From: a virus
Lineage: Duplodnaviria > Caudoviricetes
Virus record (IMG/VR): IMGVR_UViG_2595698834_000001
Coordinates: 1 to 64,000 of that record
Direction: 5' to 3' (one strand)
DNA length: 64,000 nucleotides
The first letter of the stretch is position 1, and every line of letters starts with the position of its first letter. Made by a program: the position numbers and the translations under genes. The notes beneath the pieces are model-generated. The model saw only the letters and a program-made list of their open reading frames with translations, was not told the origin of the DNA and did not search any database. Positions 45,991-57,056 of this stretch are shown in pieces.

Positions 45991-46330
45991 GAGGATTCTC
46001 TCCTTCTGTAATAATCTTAATTTTTGTGTTCTTACATAGGATATCAGAGTAATGGATAGTGTAAGGTACAGCTACTTCTCCTTGTTCTGTGTGGCAAATA
46101 GAGTTCCCTTTAGCCCATCTGTCAAAGACAGCGTCAAAACGTACTACAACGGTCTGAGTGCTGTATGAATCCTTTACGTCAATGAGGACTCGTTTACCTT
46201 CTTTGATGGTTTTCTCTAAAGCAGATTTGATAGCTTTAAAGGGCTTAGGTACTACATCGTGTGTACTTGTGCGATCTCGGTGACTTTGAAGAGTGCCTGC
46301 AATAACATCGCCTTGCTCGTTAATTCTCAT
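45974..46330 (-). CDS. conserved hypothetical protein
   Basis: RBS AGGAGGAGG; conserved synteny. Confidence 0.75.
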   Translation of the reverse strand: MRINEQGDVIAGTLQSHRDRTSTHDVVPKPFKAIKSALEKTIKEGKRVLIDVKDSYSTQTVVVRFDAVFDRWAKGNSICHTEQGEVAVPYTIHYSDILCKNTKIKIITEGENPLGTQP

Positions 46331-46376
46331 TAATGTTTCCTCCTCCTGATGTTAAAGGTAGAGAGTAGGGAAACCC

Positions 46377-47588
46377 CTACTCTGCACTATCAATATCGTC
46401 TTGAATTTCCTGAATCATTGCGTCCGCATCTGTGTCTAGTCCTGCATCATTCTTCTCCATCGAAATCGGAGCTGCTACTGAAGGGTGAACTTTGTCAATC
46501 CAACCATCAAGGCGTAGGTTTTCGTTGGTTAAAGCAGTATACCCTTCCGGGAACTCAACTTGAATAAGCTTGTTAAGCAGCTCTTCTCGAATATGTGCCC
46601 CTTCTTTTTGAAGGAACTCAACAAAGAGGTCTTTTCTCTTCTTATGTATTTCTCCATTGTTATCTACGTATTCGTAACTTTGAGATGTTCCTCCAAGGAT
46701 TCCAGCCTCTTCTGCAAGTCGAGTTATGTTTCGCTCATATGGAATACCTTCGTCTGAGATAAGGTCTAGCTGCGCCATTGTATGCGGACGAGACACTTTA
46801 GACTTATTGATCTTAATCTTCAGGTTGTGCCCGATTTTTTCTTCACCTTTTTTGATGGCAGTCCCTTTTTGAACTTCAATTCTTAAGGATGCGTAGTGCT
46901 CCCAAGCCTTCCCTCCCGGCATTTTTGCCTGAGCAAACATTGGGTTTCCACCGATATCTGCTCGAACTTGGTTGATTGCGATAAACAGAGACTTCGTGGA
47001 GGTAATTAAAGGACCTACCTTGTAGATTAACTGAGAGATGGCGGCTGCTCGTGCCCCTACGTTCTTGTCTCCGAAGTCCTTACCCATCTCTACTTCTGAC
47101 GGGGTTTGTCCTAATGAATCCCAAATGTAAACAACAGGCGTGTTAGGGTATTTTTTCTTAAACAGTTCAATGGTCTGCTCAATTGTCTTACCTACGCTCT
47201 CGACCATAAGGGCAACTTCTTTCTTTTCGTCCGGCTGCTTAACCAAAATCTTAGTAGTGTCGATACCTAGTTGAGCTAGGCGGTCTTTATCTGCTGTCCC
47301 TTCTACGTCAATTAGAACGACAATACAGCCTAGTAAGGTAGCTACACGAGCAACGTGGAAAGCGAGTGTAGATTTACCTGCGGCGTTTGCGCCTGCAATT
47401 TCAACCATTCGTCCGAAAGGGAGTCCTCCTCCAAGGTATCGGTCAAGTTGAGGAAAGAACGTCGGTAATCTATCAAAAATCGTTGCATAGTCAGAGTCAC
47501 GTAGAAGAACAAGACCTGCGTCCTCTGCTAATCCGCTTAAATCAATAACCGATGGGTCAGCTTGCTTGCTAGTTTTCTTTTTTGCCAT
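46377..47588 (-). CDS. recA: RecA/UvsX-like recombinase
   Basis: GGGLPFGRMVEIAGANAAGKST, WDS, INQVR, PGGKAWEHYASLRI. Confidence 0.95.
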   Translation of the reverse strand: MAKKKTSKQADPSVIDLSGLAEDAGLVLLRDSDYATIFDRLPTFFPQLDRYLGGGLPFGRMVEIAGANAAGKSTLAFHVARVATLLGCIVVLIDVEGTADKDRLAQLGIDTTKILVKQPDEKKEVALMVESVGKTIEQTIELFKKKYPNTPVVYIWDSLGQTPSEVEMGKDFGDKNVGARAAAISQLIYKVGPLITSTKSLFIAINQVRADIGGNPMFAQAKMPGGKAWEHYASLRIEVQKGTAIKKGEEKIGHNLKIKINKSKVSRPHTMAQLDLISDEGIPYERNITRLAEEAGILGGTSQSYEYVDNNGEIHKKRKDLFVEFLQKEGAHIREELLNKLIQVEFPEGYTALTNENLRLDGWIDKVHPSVAAPISMEKNDAGLDTDADAMIQEIQDDIDSAE

Positions 47589-47669
47589 ATGTATATTTCC
47601 CTCCAAATTATGTGTTAATTTATGTTTTCACTAGGAAAGCCTAGTTTTTACACTAGGCTATCTAATAGC

Positions 47670-48920
47670 TTACTCGAAGTCTTTTAGCTCTTCTTCAAGC
47701 AACTTGTCCATATCAGGCAGATCATTGCCATTCATCACAGACTGATTTGTCAAGTCCGGTTGACTTGGAGGAGTCTGCTGTGGTTGAGCTGGCTGTGCCG
47801 GAGGTGCGGGTTGTGCTGGTGCTACCGCAGGTTGAGCTGGCGGTGCTTGTGGTGGAGCACTAGGAGCCGCTGCTGGCTGTTGTTGTTCGTATGGGTTACC
47901 TACCGGAGCATCTGGCTGGGCAGGTGCCGCAGGTGCTACTGGTGGTGTCGGTGCTGGTGGTACATACGTACTTGCGGGCTGCTCATAAGGGTTACCTTGA
48001 GCTGGCGCTTGTGGCGCTTGTGGTGCATAAGGTTGAGCAGGCATCTGTTGTCCATATGGATTACCTTGTGGTGGTGCCGGAGGCATTTGTTGCCCATAAG
48101 GGTTTCCTGCTGGAGGCGCTGCTGGCGCTTGCTGCTCGTTACCACCATTCGGCTTACGTCCCTCTTTCATATCAATGAATGCATTAACCCAGTCTTTACC
48201 GTTAGGCAGCTCCTCAGTCGCAACTGCATGAGGCTCTAAAGGCTCTAACATGCCTTCCCATCCTTGGTCTAGTGGCGGTAACACTAGGTTAGTGTAAACA
48301 GTAACACTATAGTTATAACTTCCTTGAGGTGGCTTACTAATCTTTAACACTGCCGCTCTGTTAGGGTCAATGAAAGACAAGTTAGTTCCGGATGTGTTAA
48401 GCATTGGGTCTACTAGCTGTTTGTTAAGGTCTTCCCTAGCTGACTTTGGTAGCTCCATTACTCGGATAACAAGTTGTCCGTTCTCATCTCGTTCTTGTAC
48501 CCAGTGCTGCTGACCATCTTGACCTTGAACAGCAACAATCTTAATAACGTTGGCTAAGAATACCTGCTTAACTTTCTGCTGTCCACCGTATCCACTAGGA
48601 ATCATCTGACGGGCTTGCCAATCAGTTACTTTCTGCTCTAAAATTCCATAAGGGTTAGGCTCCGGGTGGAGAACAAAGTTAGACTTGATTTCTTTACCTT
48701 GAGAAGATACTGCGCTCAAAAAAATCTTTCGTGACGGAATAGCGTAGTCAGCTCCTGCTAACGCAGCCGACGGGAGCACTTGAACGTATACATCGGGATT
48801 GTTCTTCTCATGGAATAGCTTCTTGTGCTTTGTTTGAGGATATTTCACTCCCTCGAAGTTACTTCCGCCGCTCTGCTCTGCCTTCTTTATTTCATTTTTT
48901 AAAATATCTTGGAAATTCAT
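47670..48920 (-). CDS. single-stranded DNA-binding protein (gp32-like) with a P/A/Q linker and acidic tip
   Basis: Position between the UvsY-like gene and RecA; low-complexity linker; DMDKLLEEELKDFE end. Confidence 0.75.
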   Translation of the reverse strand: MNFQDILKNEIKKAEQSGGSNFEGVKYPQTKHKKLFHEKNNPDVYVQVLPSAALAGADYAIPSRKIFLSAVSSQGKEIKSNFVLHPEPNPYGILEQKVTDWQARQMIPSGYGGQQKVKQVFLANVIKIVAVQGQDGQQHWVQERDENGQLVIRVMELPKSAREDLNKQLVDPMLNTSGTNLSFIDPNRAAVLKISKPPQGSYNYSVTVYTNLVLPPLDQGWEGMLEPLEPHAVATEELPNGKDWVNAFIDMKEGRKPNGGNEQQAPAAPPAGNPYGQQMPPAPPQGNPYGQQMPAQPYAPQAPQAPAQGNPYEQPASTYVPPAPTPPVAPAAPAQPDAPVGNPYEQQQPAAAPSAPPQAPPAQPAVAPAQPAPPAQPAQPQQTPPSQPDLTNQSVMNGNDLPDMDKLLEEELKDFE

Positions 48921-49019
48921 ATGTAGTTCTTCCTCCTATTATGTAGGTATTTGTGTGGTCTCCACACTGTATTAACATTATAACATATAATCTTTTAAAA
49001 TACAAGGCTGTTAGAAAAT

Positions 49020-49505
49020 TTATTGTTGCAATTTTCCCCCGGCTCCAGCACCATAAAACTTATGTTCAGCGATCTGTTTTCCGAAGGATTGTAACATGTC
49101 TTTCCGTTGTTCAAATGCCTTAACAATCCTAGATACTTTACCAACAATGAGTTTGAGCTGCATGTATTCTAGCATGACTTGCTCGTACTCAGGTCTTAGT
49201 CTTCGGTACGTTTCGACCATGTCTTTTGTTGGTTTTGTTCCTGTGCTGTTATAGTGCTGACGTGCAGCATCATCGACTTGCGCTGTTACTCTCTCACACT
49301 CTAACTCTTTACTTTCTTGGTAGTATTTAAGCTGCTCTAGCAAAGAAGCCCAGTACACAAACTTAGCAGGTTGCTCTAACATTTCTTGTAACAAGTTATG
49401 CTCGTTTACTGCTAACTCCTCTCTTAAGTTGTAGTCAACACTCGCCCCCGTCTCATCAATGAGCCGTATCAGGTCGAAGTCGAAGGAGTTAATGTTAACA
49501 TCCAT
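49020..49505 (-). CDS. UvsY-like recombination mediator
   Basis: Long helices, AFEQRKDMLQS motif, synteny. Confidence 0.65.
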   Translation of the reverse strand: MDVNINSFDFDLIRLIDETGASVDYNLREELAVNEHNLLQEMLEQPAKFVYWASLLEQLKYYQESKELECERVTAQVDDAARQHYNSTGTKPTKDMVETYRRLRPEYEQVMLEYMQLKLIVGKVSRIVKAFEQRKDMLQSFGKQIAEHKFYGAGAGGKLQQ

Positions 49506-49603
49506 AGTCTCACCTCTCTTAGTAGAGGAAGGGCTTTAACCCTGTCCTCTCTATCAATTTATCATATAACTAGTCTGTATGTCAACTGTAAAATACAAAC
49601 TTT

Positions 49604-50305
49604 TTACGATATAGTTTGAAAAGTTTGATAACTTTGTTTCTTAGCTTCAAGCGTAGCGACGAGTTCATCATGTTTCTCTTGGCTTATTGCTTTACTATCT
49701 TTATAAATCTTGACTTTTTTCTTATCAAGGTAGTACTTACAGTATCCTTTGGCAGAGTTGAAAGTCTTGAGCTCTTCGGCATCATAATCTACCATGTCGT
49801 TATAGTTAAGTCCGATCTCCACGTCAGCAGCAATCGGATAACGCATTTTTTCACCCTTCCAGTCAATAAACAACCAGTCCACAGGAAGATTTTCCATAAT
49901 AAACTTTGATGCTTTAGCCATAATCGCAATCTCGTTAGCAGGGCAGTCAAGTACAATGGAATCGTGTACTGTTAGTACAATCTTAGAACGTAACTTCCTC
50001 TTCTTAATAAATTTCCTGATAAGGACAACAGAGGAGTTTGTTAAGAAAGCTCCTGACCCCTGAATGAGAGTGTTGACTGATTGTCTTAAAGCCTCATTTC
50101 GTTTAGAACGGTCACGAGATTGAACGTTAGCTAGTGAACGTCTGAATCCATGCAGGCACTCAACGTACTTCTGCTTCATAGCAATTTCATGAACTTCCTC
50201 GATAAACTCTTTAATTCTCGGTTTGTTTCGGAAGTAGTCATCAAATAGTTTCTCTGCTTGTTCTAAAGTCATACCATGCTTAGCATAATAGGAAAACGGC
50301 GTTTC
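49604..50305 (-). CDS. DNA polymerase (family A), exon 2
   Basis: ETPFSYY..., NTLIQGSG, LTVHDSIV (motif C); in frame with exon 1 after splicing. Confidence 0.93.
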   Translation of the reverse strand, partial: ETPFSYYAKHGMTLEQAEKLFDDYFRNKPRIKEFIEEVHEIAMKQKYVECLHGFRRSLANVQSRDRSKRNEALRQSVNTLIQGSGAFLTNSSVVLIRKFIKKRKLRSKIVLTVHDSIVLDCPANEIAIMAKASKFIMENLPVDWLFIDWKGEKMRYPIAADVEIGLNYNDMVDYDAEELKTFNSAKGYCKYYLDKKKVKIYKDSKAISQEKHDELVATLEAKKQSYQTFQTIS

Positions 50306-51349
50306 CAGTTAGTACCCTCGGTTTCCCGATATTTATTAGGGGCTTAGACTATATCTTATCTAGTGTCGTTACTACTAGACCGTGGCGCTTCCACTTAAGG
50401 ATTTCCACCTCAAATGTACCCTACTCAGTTACTCACTCGTGTCCTCTCGACAGAAGCTATCCTTTCGGTAGTCGTTACACTTTCTACACTCTCACATGTA
50501 GTTTACTCATTGTCTTTTACAACGAACTTCCACCCTTTATGGTGGGCTCTTCTTCCTTTAAGTACGTCTCCTATACAAGAGTCGTTAAGGTTGTGCTGCT
50601 TCGCAAACTCCTGAACTTGAACGAACTCAAACCGTTCTTTCTGAGGTGAAATTGCTACTTTTTCTTTATACCTTAAGGGAGTTTCTTTAGGTTTAACTGG
50701 GTTGTGTAGATACTCAAACTTCCAACCCTTGTGGTGACTTTGCTGCCCCGTGAGACAGAAGTACACATTAGGGGGTTCAAAGAATGTTGCCTACAAAACT
50801 CCTCTCGGTTTTTAAACATAAACACTTCGTTTTTAGGAGATACTGCTTTACACTCTCTCATTCGAACTTCGTACGTTGGTTTAAAGTTCTCTTCTGGTTT
50901 AACAAACATACAAGTTTGCGGACTGTATATTTTATTTCCTTCGATCTTAATATCTTTGTCCAAGTGAAAAGTTTCTTTTATGTATGCATCTTCATCCCAC
51001 CCGTCTACGGTGTCCACTGTCTCTAGGAAGCCATCGAGTGTGCGCCAGTCGTCACATACGGTCACACCTTTAGCTCCGTAAAAGCGGTAGCTTTGGTGTT
51101 TTGGATTGTAACATCTTTGGTTCATGTCATACCAAGTTTTTCTTAATTTTTTATATAGTACGTTATGATATTGTCGTTCTCCGATAGGGAAAGTGATTGC
51201 CAAGTTAATCCTCCTTTCGTATTTTTTATGTGAGAGTTGTAGCTTAGCACGGTATTACCATGTTTTAACTTAGGCTTTCACCGTTAGCCTGCATTTTGCA
51301 GACACCTTACATTTGTAAGTTCACCACGTTTTACTACGGCAAATAGTTT
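50306..51349 (-). mobile_element. group I intron in the DNA polymerase gene
   Basis: Exon ends in U (GGT); P1 UACGGU/GCCGUA with a U-G pair; R (GUAACGACUA) and S (AAGAUAUAGUCUA) elements; terminal G. Confidence 0.92.
50503..51203 (-). CDS. intron-encoded HNH-type homing endonuclease with C-terminal DNA-binding repeats (frameshift at C5, 50771-50775)
   Basis: W.DM..RCYNP..YGAKGVTVC..LDKD..YSP.TC.FV..EN; two HHKGWKF repeats continue in the -1 frame. Confidence 0.8.
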
Positions 51350-53941
51350 ACCGTAAGCCAAGCCGAAGGTGGTTGCCTTTGCTGTACTACGTTGATCCCC
51401 AGTAACCTCTTCAGGAGGAACATTAAACACAAGGGCAGCGGTCTCTCTGTGCGGATCGGCTCCGTCAAGGAACGCTTGCGTCATATCGTTATCTCCTGCG
51501 GCTAGAGCAAGAATACGAGCTTCTAGTGAGCTATAATCCAATTGCAGTAATGCACCATCCGCAAAGCTTGTGACAAACATACGTTTAATCGGATTCTTAT
51601 AGTCGAATCGGTGAATATCCTCTACTTTTCTCGGCAACTGTTGCATGTTTGGCTTAGAAGACGAAAGACGAGTCGTAGCCGTTCCTGTTGAGTTGAACCC
51701 TCCGTGAACAATATCATTAGCGTCTTTCAAAGCCAGTAGCTTATACGTGAAGTTCTGTTTTCTTGTCTTAACTGCGGAATGCGTAAGAAGCAAATCAGCC
51801 ATTTCAGAGAGCTCTTCGACATGGTCCTTGAGGTAAGGTAGCGTGGCTTTGGTATCTACCTTATAATGGTGCCATTCAACCTCGTCCTCTTGTATATCAT
51901 TCTCTGCGGCGGATTTTACAAGATACTCTTTATTGAACGGTAGCTTTATCCCCGTATACTCAAGTAAAACTTTTTGTTTGTGTAGTGAGGAGTTAGGGCT
52001 GAAAATTCTGTCTTCCGGGTCTTTATATTTATCTCGGAGCTTTGCTTTATCTTTGTCTCGAAGATTAGGCGGCTTAGACCATTCCGCTATCCCTATCTCG
52101 TATAGCTCTTGAAGTTCATTTTCAAGTCTTTTCACAAGAGGAAACTCTCGAAGAACAGCGAGTAATCTTTCTTCTTCCGCTGTATAGCTATTAATGATCT
52201 GCTCTACATACTCAATATCCATCTTAATTCCGTTAGCCTCGATGTAAGCCAACGCATCTGTCATCTCAGGATAGTGCTGAGTGTATAGGTATCTAATCTT
52301 TTGGTTCTCAGGTAACTGTCCAACAGCATCCAGTTTGTTATGAACACGTAAGCATACGTCAACGTCCCCGGAAGCGTAAGGTGAGAGAATCTCTTTTAAA
52401 GGGAACCATTCATAGTTAAAGTCAGAGCCGTCAATCTCATTAGCCCGTTCAGTGGCTTTACCAAAGTCAATCTTTTCGAACACAGGTTCAGGAATATCTA
52501 CAGGTGAACGATTCTCTCTTCGAGCATTTTCTCTCTCTAACTTTACCTGCTCCTTGTACTCTGCCTTCATCTGAGCTTCTTTATCTTTGTGTTCCGCTTT
52601 AGCTGCTTTAATTCTTGCAGCCTCTTCAGCTTTCCATTGCCTTTGATATTCGACTTTATAGTCTTCAAGCGGTTTATCATACCCACCCATGTCAGTAAAC
52701 TCGTAAGTAATATCGGATAACTGACGGGATACTTTGGAGTCTTGGCTTACTAGTAACCAATACATAATCTTAGTGTCTCTGTTGTTATGGAAGTCATCGA
52801 AACCTTTCGTAAGTCGAAGGAATCTCACGTCGAACTGAAGGTTGTGACCTACTTTTACAATGTCCGGGCTAGCAACAAACGCTTGAATATATTGATATAT
52901 TTCAGCGAGATGTCCCGGGAGCCACGTAAACTCTTTATGTTCTAATGGTATCGTTACCCCAGTACCTTCTGCCCAGCTAAGGGATATAACAAGAGGTTTT
53001 GCTCCTGCTACTTCCGGTCGAAGTGTGTTGGTCTCTAAATCCCAAGATACAATAGGAGCGTTTGGGATTTCTTTATTAAAAATCTCCCTAACTCTTTCAA
53101 TAGATTCAACGTGCTCGTAGTCAACAGGCTTTGAGTTAAACGCTTCTTCGCCCTTTTCGAGGAACTTCTGTAAGGTAACAAAATCGGTCTGAACAAAATT
53201 CTGAATATTGGGGACTACCATCATGTACTCAATAGAATACATAGGAAGAACCCAGCAAGTATGACTACTGTCTTCACTCTGAGGGAGATACTCTCGGTAC
53301 CTATTGTCCAGTTCTTTTAAAGCCTGCTGAGCTTGATCAATAGTGTTATGATGAGAGTTTAACTCCTTCTGAAGAGAGTTACTGTCCTTTAAGCGATCTT
53401 GGTAAGCTTTAAGGAAGTACTCTAGCTGTTCTTCAGCAACTTGAAGACTGCCAGCCAGCTGGGTGTGCTCAGCTTCGTATGCTGATTGTAGTTCCGGGGT
53501 GAACTCCTTACGTTCTGTGTTGTTACCTGCTGTGATTGTAACCTTTACTGGAACTCCACGAGCAGCTCCAATCTTGGCTCCACCTGTCAGAGCTTTTAGT
53601 CCGACAGCACCTGTAGGCACAATGATGTCCGGCTTCTCTCTAACAATTCGTTCGTAGAGGAAAGGGTACTCTTTCTTAGCTTCAGTAACTCCGATCTTCT
53701 TGTACTTGGTAGCTCGGTTATACTTGTCTCGCTGTAGTACTTGAGGAATTTGTTCATAGGCATAGTCTATATAGTAATCGTTTTTGGTTAGAGCTAATCC
53801 GTCAGGGTTTTCTGCAAGTGCTCTTAAAATCTTACCCGCTTCAGTCTGTAAGAATACATTTTTAAAACCACCATACTGGTCAGTCTTCTTAATATGGTTC
53901 TCCCTGAGATGCTCTTGAAGAAATAGGACTTTCAAAGACAT
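51350..53941 (-). CDS. DNA polymerase (family A), exon 1: UDG-like N-terminal domain, 3'-5' exonuclease and polymerase motifs A/B
   Basis: DLET, GHNLQFD, YASGD, TRLSSSKPNMQQLP, LDYSSLEARILA, RSTAKATTFGLAYG. Confidence 0.95.
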
Positions 53942-54023
53942 TCCTCCTCCTTTTGGTTTGTAAGTCTGTATATAATCATACTATAACATACAATGATAGT
54001 CAACAGAAAAAAAGAGCCGAATA

Positions 54024-54332
54024 TCAGCTCTTTTTATTTTCTCCTAAATCTAAAGGTAATTCTAACTTGTCCCACTGAGATAGTAGCATTACTTTGGCTA
54101 CACGTTTTCTTTCTCTTATAAAATATCTGTTGTTTAGCCCGTCATATGCTCGCTTCTCGGGAAGTACTTCAGTGTAAATCTTTAAGTTCTTTCCGATCTT
54201 AAGGTTATGTCCTTCTTTAATTACTTCGAGTGCAACCTCGTCAGCTAATTTGAGAATGTCTTCAATGTCTTTTATTTTGTACCCACCCTTTGTAGCTATC
54301 CTACGAGCGAATTGATCACGATTTACTGCCAA
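54024..54332 (-). CDS. HU/IHF-like DNA-binding protein
   Basis: TTG 54332 with RBS GGAGG; VNRDQFARRIA..IED.L...LEVIKEG pattern. Confidence 0.75.
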   Translation of the reverse strand: MAVNRDQFARRIATKGGYKIKDIEDILKLADEVALEVIKEGHNLKIGKNLKIYTEVLPEKRAYDGLNNRYFIRERKRVAKVMLLSQWDKLELPLDLGENKKS

Positions 54333-55071
54333 TGGAATTACCTCCATTTTGAAAACGCTTATTGTCACTAATCACAAGATCCTCAACGTTTCGCATGTCT
54401 TTCTTGGAGTCACATACCAACCAAATATTCATTTTCCAAGTAGATAATGGGTCTTGCAGATGCTGGAAGCAGAAATATTTGTACTTCGATTTTAGATGGT
54501 ACCTGCCATTGTAGAATACATAGAACGGTTTATGTCGATCTTGTATCTCCTGTTCAGTTAATGCAGGGAAAGAGATTCTTACTTTGTCAACATGGTACCT
54601 AAGTGGGTACAATGAGAATAAATAGTCATACACGTTAATATCCGGTAATACAATAGGAACGTCTATAACGACCTGAGTAGCCATAGAAGCTAACTGAACG
54701 TTTTTGACATCCTCGTGCGTATACTCTTTCTTACAGTAGAAAATTACTTCCGACTGCGGGGTAGCGGCTAACTTTGAAATTACAGGCAGCGGAACCCTGT
54801 CTTGCGTGTAATACTTAATGAACCCGCCGTGGTCGAATATCTTTTCTTGTAATGTGTCGTTGTTGTACCGCTGCTTAAAGATAAGATAAGTTTTGTCATT
54901 TCTTTTGTTAAACCTATGAGAATCCCCTTTCAAAGCGTTCATCTCTTTTTCGACTTCCTTCTCGTTGAGCTGTGTTACTTTGATGGATCGAGTCTCGTCT
55001 TGCTTTGTAGTTAAGTTTAAATTAAATAGTCTGTCAGTATTGTGTATGTTTAAGGATTTTTGTCTAGCCAT
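54316..55071 (-). CDS. conserved Herelleviridae-type protein
   Basis: Synteny upstream of the HU-like and polymerase genes. Confidence 0.75.
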   Translation of the reverse strand: MARQKSLNIHNTDRLFNLNLTTKQDETRSIKVTQLNEKEVEKEMNALKGDSHRFNKRNDKTYLIFKQRYNNDTLQEKIFDHGGFIKYYTQDRVPLPVISKLAATPQSEVIFYCKKEYTHEDVKNVQLASMATQVVIDVPIVLPDINVYDYLFSLYPLRYHVDKVRISFPALTEQEIQDRHKPFYVFYNGRYHLKSKYKYFCFQHLQDPLSTWKMNIWLVCDSKKDMRNVEDLVISDNKRFQNGGNSIGSKS

Positions 55072-55177
55072 TATTTTCTGCCCTTCCTTGTCTTGTTAGA
55101 TTACTCTGTATATTCTTATTATACCACAAAACAAAGAAAGTAGAGGTTTTCCCCTCTACTTAGTTACAGAATTGATA

Positions 55178-55558
55178 TTATTGGTTACAGATGATGTTTA
55201 CAAGAACTCTCCGCTGCTTATCTGTGAGTTGATGCTGGGCTAGCGCTTTGCTGTATATGTCAATCTTCATACTCTTATACTGGTCGTCACGTAGGTCATC
55301 CATTAGACCAGTTTCATGAATAATATGAGCTAGTGTATTCTGTGGTAGTGCGTGTAACGTATCCATTGTTGTACGTAGTCTTTCTCGATAGATCTCAAGT
55401 TGTCTTTTAAGCCATTCCAGCTCATTGTCCTGATAAGGGTGCTCCTGTATAGCTTCTCGAACACTTGAAGGGTGAATATCAAATATTTTCCTGTACCCCG
55501 TCATTGAAAAATCCTCCCTCTCCGGTAAGTTACTGAACTGGTTTATTTGATCTGCCAT
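55178..55558 (-). CDS. hypothetical protein
   Basis: ORF track. Confidence 0.65.
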   Translation of the reverse strand: MADQINQFSNLPEREDFSMTGYRKIFDIHPSSVREAIQEHPYQDNELEWLKRQLEIYRERLRTTMDTLHALPQNTLAHIIHETGLMDDLRDDQYKSMKIDIYSKALAQHQLTDKQRRVLVNIICNQ

Positions 55559-55574
55559 CTAATCAGCCCCCATA

Positions 55575-56171
55575 TCAGCCCTGCTCTCTTCTTGTATTCG
55601 TAGCTTCATACAATGCCTGCGATAGTTCCTCTTCAGACACTTTCTTGATGTGCTCCATTAGCTCTTCCAAAGAAACTGGTGCGCCAAACTCTCTGTCCTG
55701 CAACCAAGGGCTGTCTACACCTACATTTATCTGATTCGGGCTAGAGGACGGCGTGCTGTGAATATGACCATGAATAGACCATTTAAGAGGTCTAACGCCA
55801 ATATGCATAGGGAAATGAGTTAGCCACATCTGCTGCTTGTTACACTTTACATAGGTACCTACCTCGTGGTAGTCGTGCAGTAGTCCGAGTTTACCAATCT
55901 TTTTGTAGTGCTTAGACTTATCATGGTTTCCTTTGATCAATATAATATTCCCGTTAAGCCTAGAGAGAACGTCTACTGTATTCTCGTAATTAGTGATACT
56001 AAAATCCCCTAGATGGTACACTGTGTCTCCGTACTGGACTGTGTTGTTCCATGCTTGGATCATACCTTCGTTCATTTCTTCAACAGAGCTGTAAGGTCTG
56101 TTCTCAAAATCCAAAATATGCTTATGCCAAAAATGTGAATCACTTGTAAAATAAGTTCCCATTACACTCAC
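55575..56171 (-). CDS. calcineurin-like metallophosphoesterase
   Basis: TSDSHFWH, LGDF, GNHD, THFP and HGHIH motifs. Confidence 0.9.
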   Translation of the reverse strand: MSVMGTYFTSDSHFWHKHILDFENRPYSSVEEMNEGMIQAWNNTVQYGDTVYHLGDFSITNYENTVDVLSRLNGNIILIKGNHDKSKHYKKIGKLGLLHDYHEVGTYVKCNKQQMWLTHFPMHIGVRPLKWSIHGHIHSTPSSSPNQINVGVDSPWLQDREFGAPVSLEELMEHIKKVSEEELSQALYEATNTRREQG

Positions 56172-56447
56172 CTACCATTTAAATTCATCAGGATATTTAA
56201 TACTCTTATCTTGATTTTCAACTAATTCATCGAATATGTTGTCTAAAACGTGCTCGGTAAAAAGGTTAGTAGCCAGCTGATTGCTGCTTATTTCTTGTAA
56301 ACTCTTAACTACGGATTCGGCAAATTTCCTTTTGAATTTAACACGCATTTGAGCTTCACCTTTGCTGCTAGTTACTTCGAATACGCCAACTACCTCATCT
56401 ACTGGTAGTTTGATAACAATGTTACTTCCGCTTAACTTTGCTTCCAT
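56172..56447 (-). CDS. hypothetical protein, tandem paralog
   Basis: MEAK.SG..IVIK and RVKFKRKFAES shared with 56463-56726. Confidence 0.75.
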   Translation of the reverse strand: MEAKLSGSNIVIKLPVDEVVGVFEVTSSKGEAQMRVKFKRKFAESVVKSLQEISSNQLATNLFTEHVLDNIFDELVENQDKSIKYPDEFKW

Positions 56448-56462
56448 GAGTTTCCCTCCTAG

Positions 56463-56726
56463 TTATTTCTTTAGTGGTATAGCAATACTCGGATCATCAT
56501 CTTCCATCATACATCCGAAAATGGTATTAAACATCTCTTCAAGTACTAAATTTGGATCGTCCTTCAGGTGGTCGTCTAGGTATGATGCAAAAGATTCAGC
56601 GAATTTCCGTTTGAACTTAACCCTCAGCTCTTCGTGCCATAACTCAGGGTGACCGTTAAAGATGTCCTCTAGTTGATTCGTGCTTATTTTAATAACTATA
56701 CTATTGCCGCTAACTTTTGCTTCCAA
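56463..56726 (-). CDS. hypothetical protein, tandem paralog
   Basis: Same motifs as 56172-56447. Confidence 0.75.
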   Translation of the reverse strand: MEAKVSGNSIVIKISTNQLEDIFNGHPELWHEELRVKFKRKFAESFASYLDDHLKDDPNLVLEEMFNTIFGCMMEDDDPSIAIPLKK

Positions 56727-56819
56727 AATGTATTCCTCCTATATATCTTATAGTGTAGTTACAGTCTACCATTGTTTTTCTCTACTGTCAACAAAAAAAA
56801 GAGAAGAATATCTTCTCTT

Positions 56820-57056
56820 TTAGTTTTTTCGTTGGTCGCTAACGAATTTATGGATAGCTGCTAGTTCCTTATGGTTTCTACGGACCATCATGTCATTGAT
56901 TTCATCAACTGCTTTATACATATTAGACTGCAAGTCTTTTCGCACTGAACTAGGGCAGTCTAGCTTATTAGGGGTAGCGTTATCACTGGCTTCCTTCGAC
57001 TCAGGACAACACTGTCCTATATAGTTCCACAAACAATATGAGTTGTTACATTCCAT
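56820..57056 (-). CDS. Cys-rich hypothetical protein
   Basis: CNNSYC.W....CC...C. Confidence 0.7.
   Translation of the reverse strand: MECNNSYCLWNYIGQCCPESKEASDNATPNKLDCPSSVRKDLQSNMYKAVDEINDMMVRRNHKELAAIHKFVSDQRKN

Noticed and set aside
47760-48239. Trp/Arg/Cys-rich plus-strand ORF
   Set aside because: It is the antisense reading of the Pro/Ala/Gln linker of SSB.
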